This document shows positions 18,032-27,701 of a stretch of DNA of 64,000 nt, piece by piece. The notes beneath the pieces are model-generated. The model saw only the letters and a program-made list of their open reading frames with translations, was not told the origin of the DNA and did not search any database. The DNA lies in the sequence record MN453779.2. One strand, given 5' to 3'. Within the stretch, counting starts at the first letter, position 1. Each line of letters opens with the position of its first letter. Both the position numbers and the translations under genes were made by a program.

Positions 18032-18565
18032 ATGGAAAATAAAGTTTGTAAGTCCACATTAAAAGTTGGTAACGACTTCCCTATAGCTGAAGTCTTTTTC
18101 CTTGAGAGGGATTTACCGCATTTGGAGTCTCTTTTAGGTTCTCTTTATAATAAATTTAAACTTGATACTACCACATTAGGTTGGGTTGAGTCCTTTCCTA
18201 ATGAACTATCAAAGTTGTTCTGTGTCACAAAGGACTTTCAATTTGTTTATCACACTCTTAATTACAATGCAACATCACCTAGTGAAAGATTAATACGAAA
18301 GTTAGAAAGAGAAGAAGTATATCAAGAAATACATAATTCCCGTGATATTCACGATCTGCTAACTAATGGCACTATATTTTTTACAAATAGATTACTTTCA
18401 GAACCTGTGAATAGTTTTAAAGTAAAAGCGATTTCGGAAATGGAAAGAATAGAGAAACTTCTGAAAGAAGTAGATCTTCAACTATCCCCAGAACAAGAAG
18501 TAAAACTATTGCGCAAAATTGTCAAAGAACAGCAATCTATTATAAATAACCTAAAAGGAATCTAA
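18032..18565 (+). CDS. Hypothetical protein with the shared C-terminal module, 177 aa
   Basis: AAGGAG RBS; C-terminal DLQLSPEQEVKLLRKIV. Confidence 0.8.
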   Translation: MENKVCKSTLKVGNDFPIAEVFFLERDLPHLESLLGSLYNKFKLDTTTLGWVESFPNELSKLFCVTKDFQFVYHTLNYNATSPSERLIRKLEREEVYQEIHNSRDIHDLLTNGTIFFTNRLLSEPVNSFKVKAISEMERIEKLLKEVDLQLSPEQEVKLLRKIVKEQQSIINNLKGI

Positions 18566-18567
18566 TC

Positions 18568-19512
18568 ATGGACCACAATTACCCCGAGTTGAACCCAGTC
18601 GTTATTTTGCGTTTGTCTTACTTAGAACCAAGAGAAGAAGTACTAGGTGTTATTTATTTACGTAAAGAATCTGCGGAACGTTTCAAATTAAACGTTAAGG
18701 AATTGCTAGGTGATAAGTTCAATCTAGTTGAACTAAATCATAAGTCAAACTTTGACGAGTATCTTCAAAAATCTAAACCTATCATTAGTGTAGAAAGTAA
18801 CGTGTGTTTTATGTTTGTCCCATTTGTTTTCAATGAAACTCGTTGGGAATTCATGAGAAAGTTGCGATGCACTGAATATGACAATACCAAGAATGTCACT
18901 ACCGCAAAAGAACTTTTCTGTAATGTAGAATTTGATACAATGACTGCTTTACAATTAAAGGGGGAACATGCGGAACCTTCTATTGAATTCCTGGGTAACA
19001 AAATGAATACTGAAGATGTAACAATTAATCCAAAGGAGAAATTAATTTCAATGAGTTTGCTCTCACACACTAACGATAACCTTGGAACGTTATGGTGTTT
19101 TGAGCGCAGCAAAGAACTTTATGAATCCAAACTTAAAATGTACACTGGTGTTGAAGTGTTAGTCAGTGATCCCCTAGCCTTATGTTCATATACACGAAAT
19201 CGTGATCAAGAGGTCTTCACCCACCGCTGTATGAATAATCCAGCGATTTTTATAACCAGTGATTATTCTACCCCGCCATTTCCTCTGAAAAATATTGCTA
19301 TCAGCATTCCTGCCAGCGGTAGTGTAAGAAAACTCTTGGATGAACTTTCTGGTAATGTTAAACTAAATGCTACACCAGTAAAATCTGAACCAATTGTAGA
19401 TGTTGAAGAAGATCTCAAAACTGTTGAGAATATTCTCGCTAAATATGAACTTAGGCTGACAGCAGAACAAAAATGTAAGTTCCTTGAGGAACTGGTCAAA
19501 GTTCTGGGTTAA
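18568..19512 (+). CDS. Hypothetical protein with the shared C-terminal module, 314 aa
   Basis: AAAGGA RBS; C-terminal ELRLTAEQKCKFLEELV. Confidence 0.8.
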   Translation: MDHNYPELNPVVILRLSYLEPREEVLGVIYLRKESAERFKLNVKELLGDKFNLVELNHKSNFDEYLQKSKPIISVESNVCFMFVPFVFNETRWEFMRKLRCTEYDNTKNVTTAKELFCNVEFDTMTALQLKGEHAEPSIEFLGNKMNTEDVTINPKEKLISMSLLSHTNDNLGTLWCFERSKELYESKLKMYTGVEVLVSDPLALCSYTRNRDQEVFTHRCMNNPAIFITSDYSTPPFPLKNIAISIPASGSVRKLLDELSGNVKLNATPVKSEPIVDVEEDLKTVENILAKYELRLTAEQKCKFLEELVKVLG

Positions 19513-19517
19513 TTATT

Positions 19518-19554
19518 AACTTCCTTCTCTTTAATAGGGAAGGAAGTTTCTTTT
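19518..19554 (+). terminator. Hairpin terminator
   Basis: AACTTCCTTCTCT-TTAAT-AGGGAAGGAAGTT followed by TCTTTT. Confidence 0.75.
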
Positions 19555-19574
19555 ACTATAAAGGATTTTTATTT

Positions 19575-20144
19575 ATGAAACTAGAAATAAAAGAAATGTT
19601 AACTCGTTTTGCAAATGGTGCTTTCACCAAGGTTTTCTTTACAGCAGGCGGAATTCTACTTACATGGGATAAAAACATTAATCCATTAGAAGCATCTGGG
19701 ATACCTTCTCCTTATTCAACTGCGAGATTTAAATATCTTCAGGCTTTAGTAGATAATGAGTATATTGAATTTGGATTTGGCGAAACCTTGACATTCCGCT
19801 TTTTGGTGATATATGTTCCTAGCAAGAAGGAACTTGTTACCAAATACCTGTTTAAAGTTTCTGATATTTCTATCCCGGACTGTGTTGAATATAAAACCAA
19901 CTACGTCTCTAAAGATCTGTTCTCAGCACTTAATGTTATCAGAAATAGTTTCACACCCACAGGTGTAATCGACTTTGAAACAGTTAGAGTAAAGGATCCA
20001 ATTGTCGAATTGCCGAAATGGTCTTTGCACAAAGAAACTTACACCAATCAAGAAGTACAAGAACTATTAGAAGAGTTTAAGAAAGAGATGGTAGAATCAA
20101 CCAATCAACTCTTTAATCGTTTTATTAACCGCATTAGTAAGTAA
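19575..20144 (+). CDS. Hypothetical protein, 189 aa
   Basis: AAGGA RBS; C-terminal YTNQEVQELLEEF is a weaker match to the shared module. Confidence 0.8.
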   Translation: MKLEIKEMLTRFANGAFTKVFFTAGGILLTWDKNINPLEASGIPSPYSTARFKYLQALVDNEYIEFGFGETLTFRFLVIYVPSKKELVTKYLFKVSDISIPDCVEYKTNYVSKDLFSALNVIRNSFTPTGVIDFETVRVKDPIVELPKWSLHKETYTNQEVQELLEEFKKEMVESTNQLFNRFINRISK

Positions 20145-20152
20145 GGATTTAT

Positions 20153-20674
20153 ATGAGTAGCAATCGCAATACCTACAATAATGAAGATTTTGTTTACATG
20201 TGTAAACTGTTACAAAACCACGAAATAGTACTAGAAAAATTTGGAACTCATTCTATTGCACTAGTAAAAACAAAGAACAATTTCCAGGAAATTGAAGAGA
20301 TTTCCGAAATATTAAACTCTTACCTTGAAATAAAAGAAGAAGATAGCTCCAATCGTTGGGTTTCTTATAATCACATGGCTGTGTTTTCATCAACATGGAA
20401 ACACTTCAAAGAAGAATACGTATTCGGGAATCCAGTTAAAGCGATTATTCATTATTGTGAAAGTATCGGCAAAGAAGAAAGTACATTCTTCCGTCATACT
20501 GACCTACAGCCAGAGAGTGAGACCCTAAAACAGTTCCTAGAACTATCTGAGAAGATGACCAAGGTCGGATTGACTCTAACGCCTGAACAAGAGAATACTC
20601 TTCTTCACAACGTTATTGACGAGCTGTCAGCAGAGATTGCAAGTCTTAAGTTAAAGATAGAAGATCTCTCTTAA
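20153..20674 (+). CDS. Hypothetical protein with the shared C-terminal module, 173 aa
   Basis: AAGGA RBS; C-terminal GLTLTPEQENTLLHNVI. Confidence 0.8.
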   Translation: MSSNRNTYNNEDFVYMCKLLQNHEIVLEKFGTHSIALVKTKNNFQEIEEISEILNSYLEIKEEDSSNRWVSYNHMAVFSSTWKHFKEEYVFGNPVKAIIHYCESIGKEESTFFRHTDLQPESETLKQFLELSEKMTKVGLTLTPEQENTLLHNVIDELSAEIASLKLKIEDLS

Positions 20675-20683
20675 CAACAGACC

Positions 20684-20717
20684 TAACTCACTTCTCCTTA
20701 ATTGGAGAAGTGAGTTA
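20684..20717 (+). terminator. Hairpin terminator
   Basis: TAACTCACTTCTCC-TTAATT-GGAGAAGTGAGTTA. Confidence 0.75.
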
Positions 20718-20747
20718 ATATCTTTATACCTAAAAAGGAAACATACC

Positions 20748-21503
20748 ATGAAACCTACTACACTCACTGAAATACTTAATCTTGACGATGATCTTGATAA
20801 CTATCACAAACGCGTACAGCAACGTTCTGAGTACATCCAAGCTCAACTACTCCTAGACCCTAACTTCGTCGCATACGACGTTCTAGAGTACGTAGGATCG
20901 AAAGCTGACTCGATAACTCAATACAAGTACATAATTGGAACAGATGGATCTTTCCACTCCCCTGATAGATACGGAAATTGGAGAACTTTACTTCCTAAAC
21001 ATAAAGGAGGATCTGTTTTGATGACTGTTAAGCACGGAACCTCTAAAACATCTTTTTCTTTAACTAGGGCAATAGCTTCTACATTTATCCCAATGGGTCC
21101 AGAAATAAGGGAACTTAATTTCTCCCTTATTAAAGTAGCCTTTGATAAAGATAAAGTCACCATACCTACTTTGCAAACTACCTTCTGGTGTACTGCTAGT
21201 GATGTTAATAACGCTAAATTCAAAAAGGATCTTGAAACCAAAGGAATTCTTTCTACTTCCATTAAACCTTTGCTAGGTGAAGTTACTACCCCTGGTAAGT
21301 ACCTAGGAACTAAGTTTATACTAGCTGGTGTCGATATGTTCAAACAAGTAGGTTGGTCAAGAGGTAATCTCTCTAGACATCTATCAGGAATCCTACCTAA
21401 TGCTTATGGTTGTAAGTGGAGAACGCCTACAGAGGAAGAAATGAATGAGATAACACTAGGTGTAACTGATACACTGGTGCAATATTCTAAATCAATTAAA
21501 TAA
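20748..21503 (+). CDS. Degenerate HNH-family paralog lacking the catalytic motif, 251 aa
   Basis: Same N-terminal domain (TLTEILNL...RVQQRSEYIQAQLLLDP), RAIASTFIP and C-terminal G.F.L.G...G..W module, but no NHxDG...N. Confidence 0.7.
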   Translation: MKPTTLTEILNLDDDLDNYHKRVQQRSEYIQAQLLLDPNFVAYDVLEYVGSKADSITQYKYIIGTDGSFHSPDRYGNWRTLLPKHKGGSVLMTVKHGTSKTSFSLTRAIASTFIPMGPEIRELNFSLIKVAFDKDKVTIPTLQTTFWCTASDVNNAKFKKDLETKGILSTSIKPLLGEVTTPGKYLGTKFILAGVDMFKQVGWSRGNLSRHLSGILPNAYGCKWRTPTEEEMNEITLGVTDTLVQYSKSIK

Positions 21504-21514
21504 GGTGAATTATA

Positions 21515-22513
21515 ATGTCCATTAAAACATTAACTGAAATACTTAACCTTTCTCTTGAATTGAAAGATTATGAAGAACGTGTACAAAAGAGATATGATTA
21601 TATTCAGGAACAACTAGAGAAAGATCCTGAGTTTGTAGCTTATGACTATCTGGAATATTGGGATGGTAGAGCAGATATACATTATATCATTGATAAGTAT
21701 GTTATTGACACTAAAGGAAACTATTATCAACTGAAAGATAACGTCTGGACTCTTGCGCGTACTAAACACGACGAAGGATATAAAGAAAAGAACGTTAATA
21801 TGGGTAATAGTACGTACCGGATGTTTCAAACACATCGTGCTATTGTCACCACATTCATTCCTAGGTATGAACACCTTAAAGACGTCCCCTATTGGAAACT
21901 TGAAGCTAACCATAAGGATGGGGTTAAAGAGAATAATGATTTCACTAACTTGGAATGGATGACTAAAGCCGAGAACAACGCTCACGCAGTAGAAATAGGT
22001 TCCCAGTTATCCGGCGTGAATGACCCTAATACTATCCCTTATCTAGCTACAGTCGTTATGGAAGGAAAGTATAAAGGTCAACAGTTTGTACTTGCAGGAA
22101 CTGCGGCATTTGAAAAGGAGGGGATATCAAGAAGTTCTGTTAGGGATCAATCAGAGGGTAAATTCCGCGCTATTGCTGGATGTACTTGGAAGGTTATCAC
22201 TAAAGAGGAAGCCAAAGATTATCCGCAAGGAACCCCAGAGGGATTTATGACTTTCCTTAAATCCAATAGTACTTTATCAGATCCTAAGGTTAAACCAGTG
22301 TTAGGAGTGGTACAAAATGGAGCTTTTAAAGGACATCATTTTTGTTTATTTGGCGGGAAACACATAGTGGAAAACGGATTTGGTCAAGCTTATGTGTCCG
22401 GACATGCCAAACACAATAAAGTTTATAAAGGAGTATTATGGAAATATATAACTCAGGAAGAAGCTGCTAACTACCCAAGAGGTCTTGATAGGGAAATCTT
22501 TGCAACTTTGTAA
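21515..22513 (+). CDS. Free-standing HNH homing endonuclease, 332 aa
   Basis: HRAIVTTFIP...EANHKDGVKENNDFTNLEWMTKAENNAHA; two tandem C-terminal putative DNA-binding repeats ending WK.IT.EEA..YP.G. Confidence 0.88.
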   Translation: MSIKTLTEILNLSLELKDYEERVQKRYDYIQEQLEKDPEFVAYDYLEYWDGRADIHYIIDKYVIDTKGNYYQLKDNVWTLARTKHDEGYKEKNVNMGNSTYRMFQTHRAIVTTFIPRYEHLKDVPYWKLEANHKDGVKENNDFTNLEWMTKAENNAHAVEIGSQLSGVNDPNTIPYLATVVMEGKYKGQQFVLAGTAAFEKEGISRSSVRDQSEGKFRAIAGCTWKVITKEEAKDYPQGTPEGFMTFLKSNSTLSDPKVKPVLGVVQNGAFKGHHFCLFGGKHIVENGFGQAYVSGHAKHNKVYKGVLWKYITQEEAANYPRGLDREIFATL

Positions 22514-22560
22514 CATAAAGTAAACTCTACCTACCCGTTTGGGTAGGTAGAGTTATTATG
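22513..22560. terminator. Bidirectional hairpin terminator
   Basis: AACTCTACCTACCC-GTTT-GGGTAGGTAGAGTT between convergent genes, with an ACATAAA left flank. Confidence 0.8.
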
Positions 22561-24286
22561 CTGCTTCTTTTTCTTTTTCGATAAATGGTTTAACAGTATT
22601 AGTATAGAAAGTAGAAATATCGGAAATAGTAGGCATTCCGTAAATTACGTTGCATAACTCTACGGCGTTCGCTTGAGGGCTAGATGCGTAGTTGATACCC
22701 ACTTTACGATAATCCATTCTATCAAGACCTTCTATCTGACAAACCTCCAACCTAGTTGTCTTATTAGAAACATTCAACGCAATCGTTGTCGATGGATATG
22801 CAGCGGCCACATCGATGTCGTCAACACTATGCCTTCCCTTACTCTTCCATGACGGTAATCCAGCATAGATCGTTTTACCATTCTCTTCATTAAGTTCTGC
22901 GTGAAGCAGGGCGATCCAATCTCGAAGGTCTGGTTTAATGGATTTGAACTCATCTTCTTTCTGACGACCTACTGTACCCCATACATAACCGTTTTCCAAC
23001 GCTATGAAAGAGAGTTTATCAGAAATCATACTTGGTTGAGACTGATACGACTTCAACTCCGAAGAAGTTACCAAAGAAGGTAAAGACAGAGAGTAATCAT
23101 TAGTTACTCGGTTGATGTCTTCAATAACCCAGTTATCTCGAATGTTGTACATTGCATACAAGTAAGGTTCGTTCTTGAGCATGTATTTGTGCCACTCAGC
23201 AGAACCAGCTTGTAGATGCCCGCCAATATCCGTATAGAGCTTACCTTCCACTTTCTCATGCTCAGCGGTAGCTTGCAGAGAGTAAGACTCACGTTTACCT
23301 TGAGGGGCTCGTTTAATAGCGTAGAATGACATTCCGTCAAACCACTGCCACTTAGCAGGCGCTTGGACTACTGGGAACTTCTCATGGTTATCAAGGGGAG
23401 TTTTAGATCCATCTACTTTGGTTTTAAACTGTCTTCCTGGGAAGAAAAAGTAATCTTGATAAACACCTGGAACTGAAGGATCAGAGTAAACTTCTTTTAA
23501 GTTAAAGTTCTCATTAAGCAGTGCATTCTGGTTGGCTTCCATATCAAAGCCAGCATTCCAGGATACAATGAAATCTGGTCCTTGTCTGTGCCAGAACTGA
23601 ATATTGTTATACACTACTTTACCTGGGGTGTCTTCTAGTACATAATGGATTTTAACATCATGTTTTTCGATATATTCCTTTAGGTATTTCTCTTCATATT
23701 CCTTAAGGGTTTTAAGGATGTGTTCATCAGAGTGTCCATGGAATATAGAACGGAGTCCAGACCAATAAACAACTTTTTCAAAGGTGGTAGAAGCCATGCA
23801 AACTGGGCCAGTGGTGTTATCTGGCATGATGAATGTTTCCACGTCATAGGCGGCTACGGAGTAAGCTTCTTGGGGTTGGTGATCAGGGAACTTATCGTAA
23901 TACTTCTGCTTATAGACTACTGGGACAGTTTCTTGACATCCGAACACGAAAGGGTTTGATTTTAGATCATAGAGTTGAGCAGAACGATCTGGTCGTCCAA
24001 AAAGTACTTTAGAGATATTAGTAGCGAGTCTAGCTTCATTAGAAGAGTACTTGTCACATTTGGAAATCTCTATGTAATCTTTCTTATCTTTGAAATTACG
24101 ATGTTTAGGTTTTACAATATAGAAATCTCGTTTATAGTTTTCTATTTTAGCTAACCTACTTTTACGAGTTCCGTCGGCATAGATATCAGTAATTTTAGCT
24201 GTGAGAAGGTCGGAGTTAGAATCGTATTGATTAAAAGAAAGAAAGGCGTGTTTGCAAACACGAGCGACAATTTTGTTCTCTTCCAT
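22556..24286 (-). CDS. Family B DNA polymerase, N-terminal subunit (3'-5' exonuclease plus motif A) of a split polymerase (phiKZ gp82-like)
   Basis: ExoI YDVETF, ExoII SWNAGFD, ExoIII YNIRD, motif A DIDVAAAYPS; no motif B or C in this ORF. Confidence 0.88.
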   Translation of the reverse strand: MEENKIVARVCKHAFLSFNQYDSNSDLLTAKITDIYADGTRKSRLAKIENYKRDFYIVKPKHRNFKDKKDYIEISKCDKYSSNEARLATNISKVLFGRPDRSAQLYDLKSNPFVFGCQETVPVVYKQKYYDKFPDHQPQEAYSVAAYDVETFIMPDNTTGPVCMASTTFEKVVYWSGLRSIFHGHSDEHILKTLKEYEEKYLKEYIEKHDVKIHYVLEDTPGKVVYNNIQFWHRQGPDFIVSWNAGFDMEANQNALLNENFNLKEVYSDPSVPGVYQDYFFFPGRQFKTKVDGSKTPLDNHEKFPVVQAPAKWQWFDGMSFYAIKRAPQGKRESYSLQATAEHEKVEGKLYTDIGGHLQAGSAEWHKYMLKNEPYLYAMYNIRDNWVIEDINRVTNDYSLSLPSLVTSSELKSYQSQPSMISDKLSFIALENGYVWGTVGRQKEDEFKSIKPDLRDWIALLHAELNEENGKTIYAGLPSWKSKGRHSVDDIDVAAAYPSTTIALNVSNKTTRLEVCQIEGLDRMDYRKVGINYASSPQANAVELCNVIYGMPTISDISTFYTNTVKPFIEKEKEAA

Positions 24287-24301
24287 TGCTGGGTGTCCCG
24301 A

Positions 24302-24309
24302 ATGTTATG
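24302..24309 (+). promoter_or_regulatory. Putative late promoter core ATGTTATG
   Basis: Intergenic, upstream of the structural cluster. Confidence 0.45.
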
Positions 24310-24373
24310 ACGTCAAATTAGGGTTCTCTAAAATATAGAACCTGTGCTAATTAATTATTCCCTGGGAGTAGAT

Positions 24374-25723
24374 ATGTTAGGTATCGAATTTATCAGAAAG
24401 GAGCATGACTTCGGTTACTCCTTAGCTGGTATGGAATTTATGGATTTCCAGAAACAGGATCGCTACCTGAAGCTGGTTGAGTTCTTTAAGCCGTTGATTA
24501 AGTATGTGGACGGTCAATTGACATTAGACTGGATCAAAAGTGAAAAAGATGATCTAGCTAGCTTAATTAAAGAGATTAGCGGTATTAAAGTTAAGATAGT
24601 AGAGTACCAAGGTTTGGATGGCAACTTAGGTATTGATGCTGGATACCTTTCACCTAATGCAGTGTTAAACAACAAAGGAATAGAAGACTTTCTTGACGCC
24701 AAGCACAGCAAAGTCTCCCAAGCATTCAAAAGCTTGAATGTAGACGTGTTAAAAGGTTGGGTTGATCAAAAGACTGGCATGATTGGTGGGGATTTCAGTA
24801 AGATTGAATTTGATCTATTTATTCAATCTTACGTGGAACTGTTTTTAGACAGTGCTAAACTAAAGAAACTTAAAGTCCCGGCAGAGAACGCCATTAGTGC
24901 TTTCATTTTTCATGAACTTGGTCACGTCTGGACTGCATTTTATACTGTATGGCGAAATGTCAGCGACATTCTGATGCAAAATAATGCCATCAAAATGTTG
25001 AGTCGCACAGAAAGTACTAGAGAACAAATTGAAATTTATAAAGAAACTTTGAAAGTACTGGAAGCTGACGCAAAAGTAGATGACAAGGTAGTTAACTCCT
25101 TATCTACCGATGATTCCCGCAAAGCCTTCTTTGATAAAGCTATTAACAACCGCAATTTACGTCGCACTTTGTCCACTGGTACTGCCGACCGAGCAACTGA
25201 AGTAATGGCTGATATGTATGCTATTAAAATGGGGTGTCCTAAAGATTTAGTGGCTGGCTTGGTTTCATTATACAGCTCTGAGGGTGCGGGGTACTTCGGT
25301 TTAGTGTTTAGTACTTTCATGTTGATCACATCGGTTGCTATATCTTACCCACTTGGGATTGGTGTTTGGGGATTTGTTACGTCGATTAATTTCCACACCA
25401 TTTTATCAACCAGATTACTACCTGATTATATTAATGATACAAGTTATCGTCGGATCAAAACTATTCTTCGTGAATGTGTAAGCGAGTTCTCCCAAAACAA
25501 AAACATGAAACCGGCTGATAAACAGCAGTTTTTGATTAAGTGTAAGGAGATCGAGAAATTGGTTGAAGAAAATAAACCTATTCTCGAAGGTACTGCTTTG
25601 CAACGTTATATTGGTTGGCTCTGTTCAGGAACTGATTTTAAAGCCCAGGAATTTGAACATTACACCGCAGAACTTGTTTCACATAACCTCGCCCTTTATA
25701 CCGACTACTTTAAAGAGAGTTAA
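24374..25723 (+). CDS. Virion head protein with a zincin-like HExxH motif and a hydrophobic C-terminal segment
   Basis: ATG 24374 after GGGAG; N-terminal AGMEF; FHELGH...EVMADMYA; hydrophobic GLVFSTFMLITSVAISYPLGIGVWGFV. Confidence 0.65.
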   Translation: MLGIEFIRKEHDFGYSLAGMEFMDFQKQDRYLKLVEFFKPLIKYVDGQLTLDWIKSEKDDLASLIKEISGIKVKIVEYQGLDGNLGIDAGYLSPNAVLNNKGIEDFLDAKHSKVSQAFKSLNVDVLKGWVDQKTGMIGGDFSKIEFDLFIQSYVELFLDSAKLKKLKVPAENAISAFIFHELGHVWTAFYTVWRNVSDILMQNNAIKMLSRTESTREQIEIYKETLKVLEADAKVDDKVVNSLSTDDSRKAFFDKAINNRNLRRTLSTGTADRATEVMADMYAIKMGCPKDLVAGLVSLYSSEGAGYFGLVFSTFMLITSVAISYPLGIGVWGFVTSINFHTILSTRLLPDYINDTSYRRIKTILRECVSEFSQNKNMKPADKQQFLIKCKEIEKLVEENKPILEGTALQRYIGWLCSGTDFKAQEFEHYTAELVSHNLALYTDYFKES

Positions 25724-25725
25724 TC

Positions 25726-26154
25726 ATGTCACATCTTGCTCGCATCGTTACCTTTAAGAAAACCCTAATTGCTGATGGGATTACTGATCCGAAGCTTCAG
25801 ATTGATCTTACTCGTTCTGCTTATGTTCGGGCTCTGATTAGTTTTAAACATCAATCAGCTATTGACGGTAAAGATTTTAAACCGTTCTGTAATCACGTTC
25901 TTTCTTACTGGAATGAAACTTCTCCTGTAGCGGGTTCTTTGGTAGTATCAGAAGTTATTCACTTCTTTGCTGTACTTGATAAAGCATTGAGTAACGTTGG
26001 TGAAATGGAAGTTATCCAAGTTCCAGTTACAACTGCTCCTGAGCTGCCAGAAGGTAAGAAGCTTACTGAGATGGCTTCTTATACTGATCTGGTTAACTCT
26101 TTGTTGGTTGAAGCTGTTGACAAATATAAAACCTGGGCTGAAGAGTTCTGTTAA
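25726..26154 (+). CDS. Hypothetical or virion protein, 142 aa
   Basis: Tightly packed in the structural operon. Confidence 0.7.
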   Translation: MSHLARIVTFKKTLIADGITDPKLQIDLTRSAYVRALISFKHQSAIDGKDFKPFCNHVLSYWNETSPVAGSLVVSEVIHFFAVLDKALSNVGEMEVIQVPVTTAPELPEGKKLTEMASYTDLVNSLLVEAVDKYKTWAEEFC

Positions 26155-26164
26155 GGAGAAAGTA

Positions 26165-27700
26165 ATGGAAGATGAAATCGAATTGGGATCTGTTATCCAA
26201 CTTTCTCCCCACGCGCAAACCGTTCAAATAACCTCTGGTAAAGTCAGCACGGACGACGAACCACTGATTTCTTTAGATGATGTATATGAAGTCACCGGCC
26301 AAGAATCAATCAACATTATCGTCAAAAGTGCTCAAGAGTATTTTAAACATAATCGTCTTCATCGTGATTCCTTGACTTGCTTGAAAATATCTGGGATGGA
26401 AGGTCTCCTTCCTATTTACGACCGGATGAATGCTCGTAAAGGTGGTGAATCTTTCATTGAAGGTTTCAAGAAAGGTTTCATGGCTATTATGAAGGCTATC
26501 GCCGACTTTATCAAACAGGTGGTAAATTGGTGTGTTGTTAAAGTTAAAACCATGTTTGGTTTTGCTAAGACAGAAAAAGAAACTGCGGCGGCAGTACAGA
26601 ACTTTGAAAGGGAGGTCAAACCGAGACTTTATAACTTACTGCAAGATAGCTTTGGACCGAATCCAGGTATCGGAACTATCTCTTTTGATGAATTTGTTAA
26701 GTCACTTCCTGAAGGTGTCACTAGCAAAGAAGCTATGTTGATTATTAAACAACGCGGTGAAAAAGCTGAGGACGCGATCGCTAGAATGACCAAAGCTGTT
26801 GATGAAGTTCCAAAAGCCATTGAAGAAATCAACAAGTCAATGCAAAAATCTCGGGTTGTTAAAAATCGTTACCAGCAACTCATTCGTGACTTGAAACAAA
26901 AAGCAAAAGCAAACAACATTACCGAAGGCGATATTGTAAACTTTGTAGCTGGACTAAACCACGAAGTAACTGATACACTGAACCCTGAACGTTGTATCAA
27001 TATTGCCCAAACTCTGGCTGAGAAAGTGTTTGGTGTTCAGATTGAAGGGTTTGGTTTGGAAGGTGGGTTTAAACAAGCTCAAGATCAGCTTAAGAATGCG
27101 TTGGAACGCACTAAGACTAATGTTAATGTAGAAACACTTAACGTTTATCAAAAGCTTGCTGATAACTATGTGCCATTGATGGCGGAAGCGGATAATATCG
27201 CTCTTGATCCAAATTCTTTAGATTCGTTTAAAGTTATTCTGGATAACGACAGTAACTATATAGTAAACAAGATAGCAACCGATTATCCTCAATACTTCTC
27301 CATCCTTAGCGATTATGCACAGTTTGGCCAACAAGTTTCCAAGTACAATGAAGCCCTTTCTCTGTGCGTAACAGTTGTTAACGATTGTAAAGCAGTTGGA
27401 CAAAGTGTCGTTAAATGGCTGACTGCCATGAAGACGATCGCGGCTGCCTATGTTACCCAGGATATTGAGAAGATTGTCAAAGCTCATGAAACATTCACCC
27501 CAGGTAATGAAGACAAGTATGTCGCTGATAAAGGTGCCTATTTCTTAGCCGATGATCTTAAGATTCTTAACTCTATTTATCCGGGTCGTAACTGGGTCGA
27601 GGAAGGTTTAACTTATACTCGTGCTATTTCTCAAATGCCAGATGTGAAAAAGCGTATCAATAATCTACTGGGTCAACTTTCTGTTCCCTTGAAGGTGTAA
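26165..27700 (+). CDS. Virion head protein with GxE cleavage motif
   Basis: ATG 26165 after AAGGAG preferred over the track start 25997; SGMEG and an amphipathic EGFKKGFMAIMKAIADFIK segment. Confidence 0.7.
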   Translation: MEDEIELGSVIQLSPHAQTVQITSGKVSTDDEPLISLDDVYEVTGQESINIIVKSAQEYFKHNRLHRDSLTCLKISGMEGLLPIYDRMNARKGGESFIEGFKKGFMAIMKAIADFIKQVVNWCVVKVKTMFGFAKTEKETAAAVQNFEREVKPRLYNLLQDSFGPNPGIGTISFDEFVKSLPEGVTSKEAMLIIKQRGEKAEDAIARMTKAVDEVPKAIEEINKSMQKSRVVKNRYQQLIRDLKQKAKANNITEGDIVNFVAGLNHEVTDTLNPERCINIAQTLAEKVFGVQIEGFGLEGGFKQAQDQLKNALERTKTNVNVETLNVYQKLADNYVPLMAEADNIALDPNSLDSFKVILDNDSNYIVNKIATDYPQYFSILSDYAQFGQQVSKYNEALSLCVTVVNDCKAVGQSVVKWLTAMKTIAAAYVTQDIEKIVKAHETFTPGNEDKYVADKGAYFLADDLKILNSIYPGRNWVEEGLTYTRAISQMPDVKKRINNLLGQLSVPLKV

Positions 27701-27701
27701 C

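Noticed and set aside
25997-26164. Long overlap of the 567-aa track ORF with the upstream gene, a possible frameshift fusion
   Set aside because: ATG 26165 has its own AAGGAG RBS and no slippery heptamer was evident; treated as an over-extended start.
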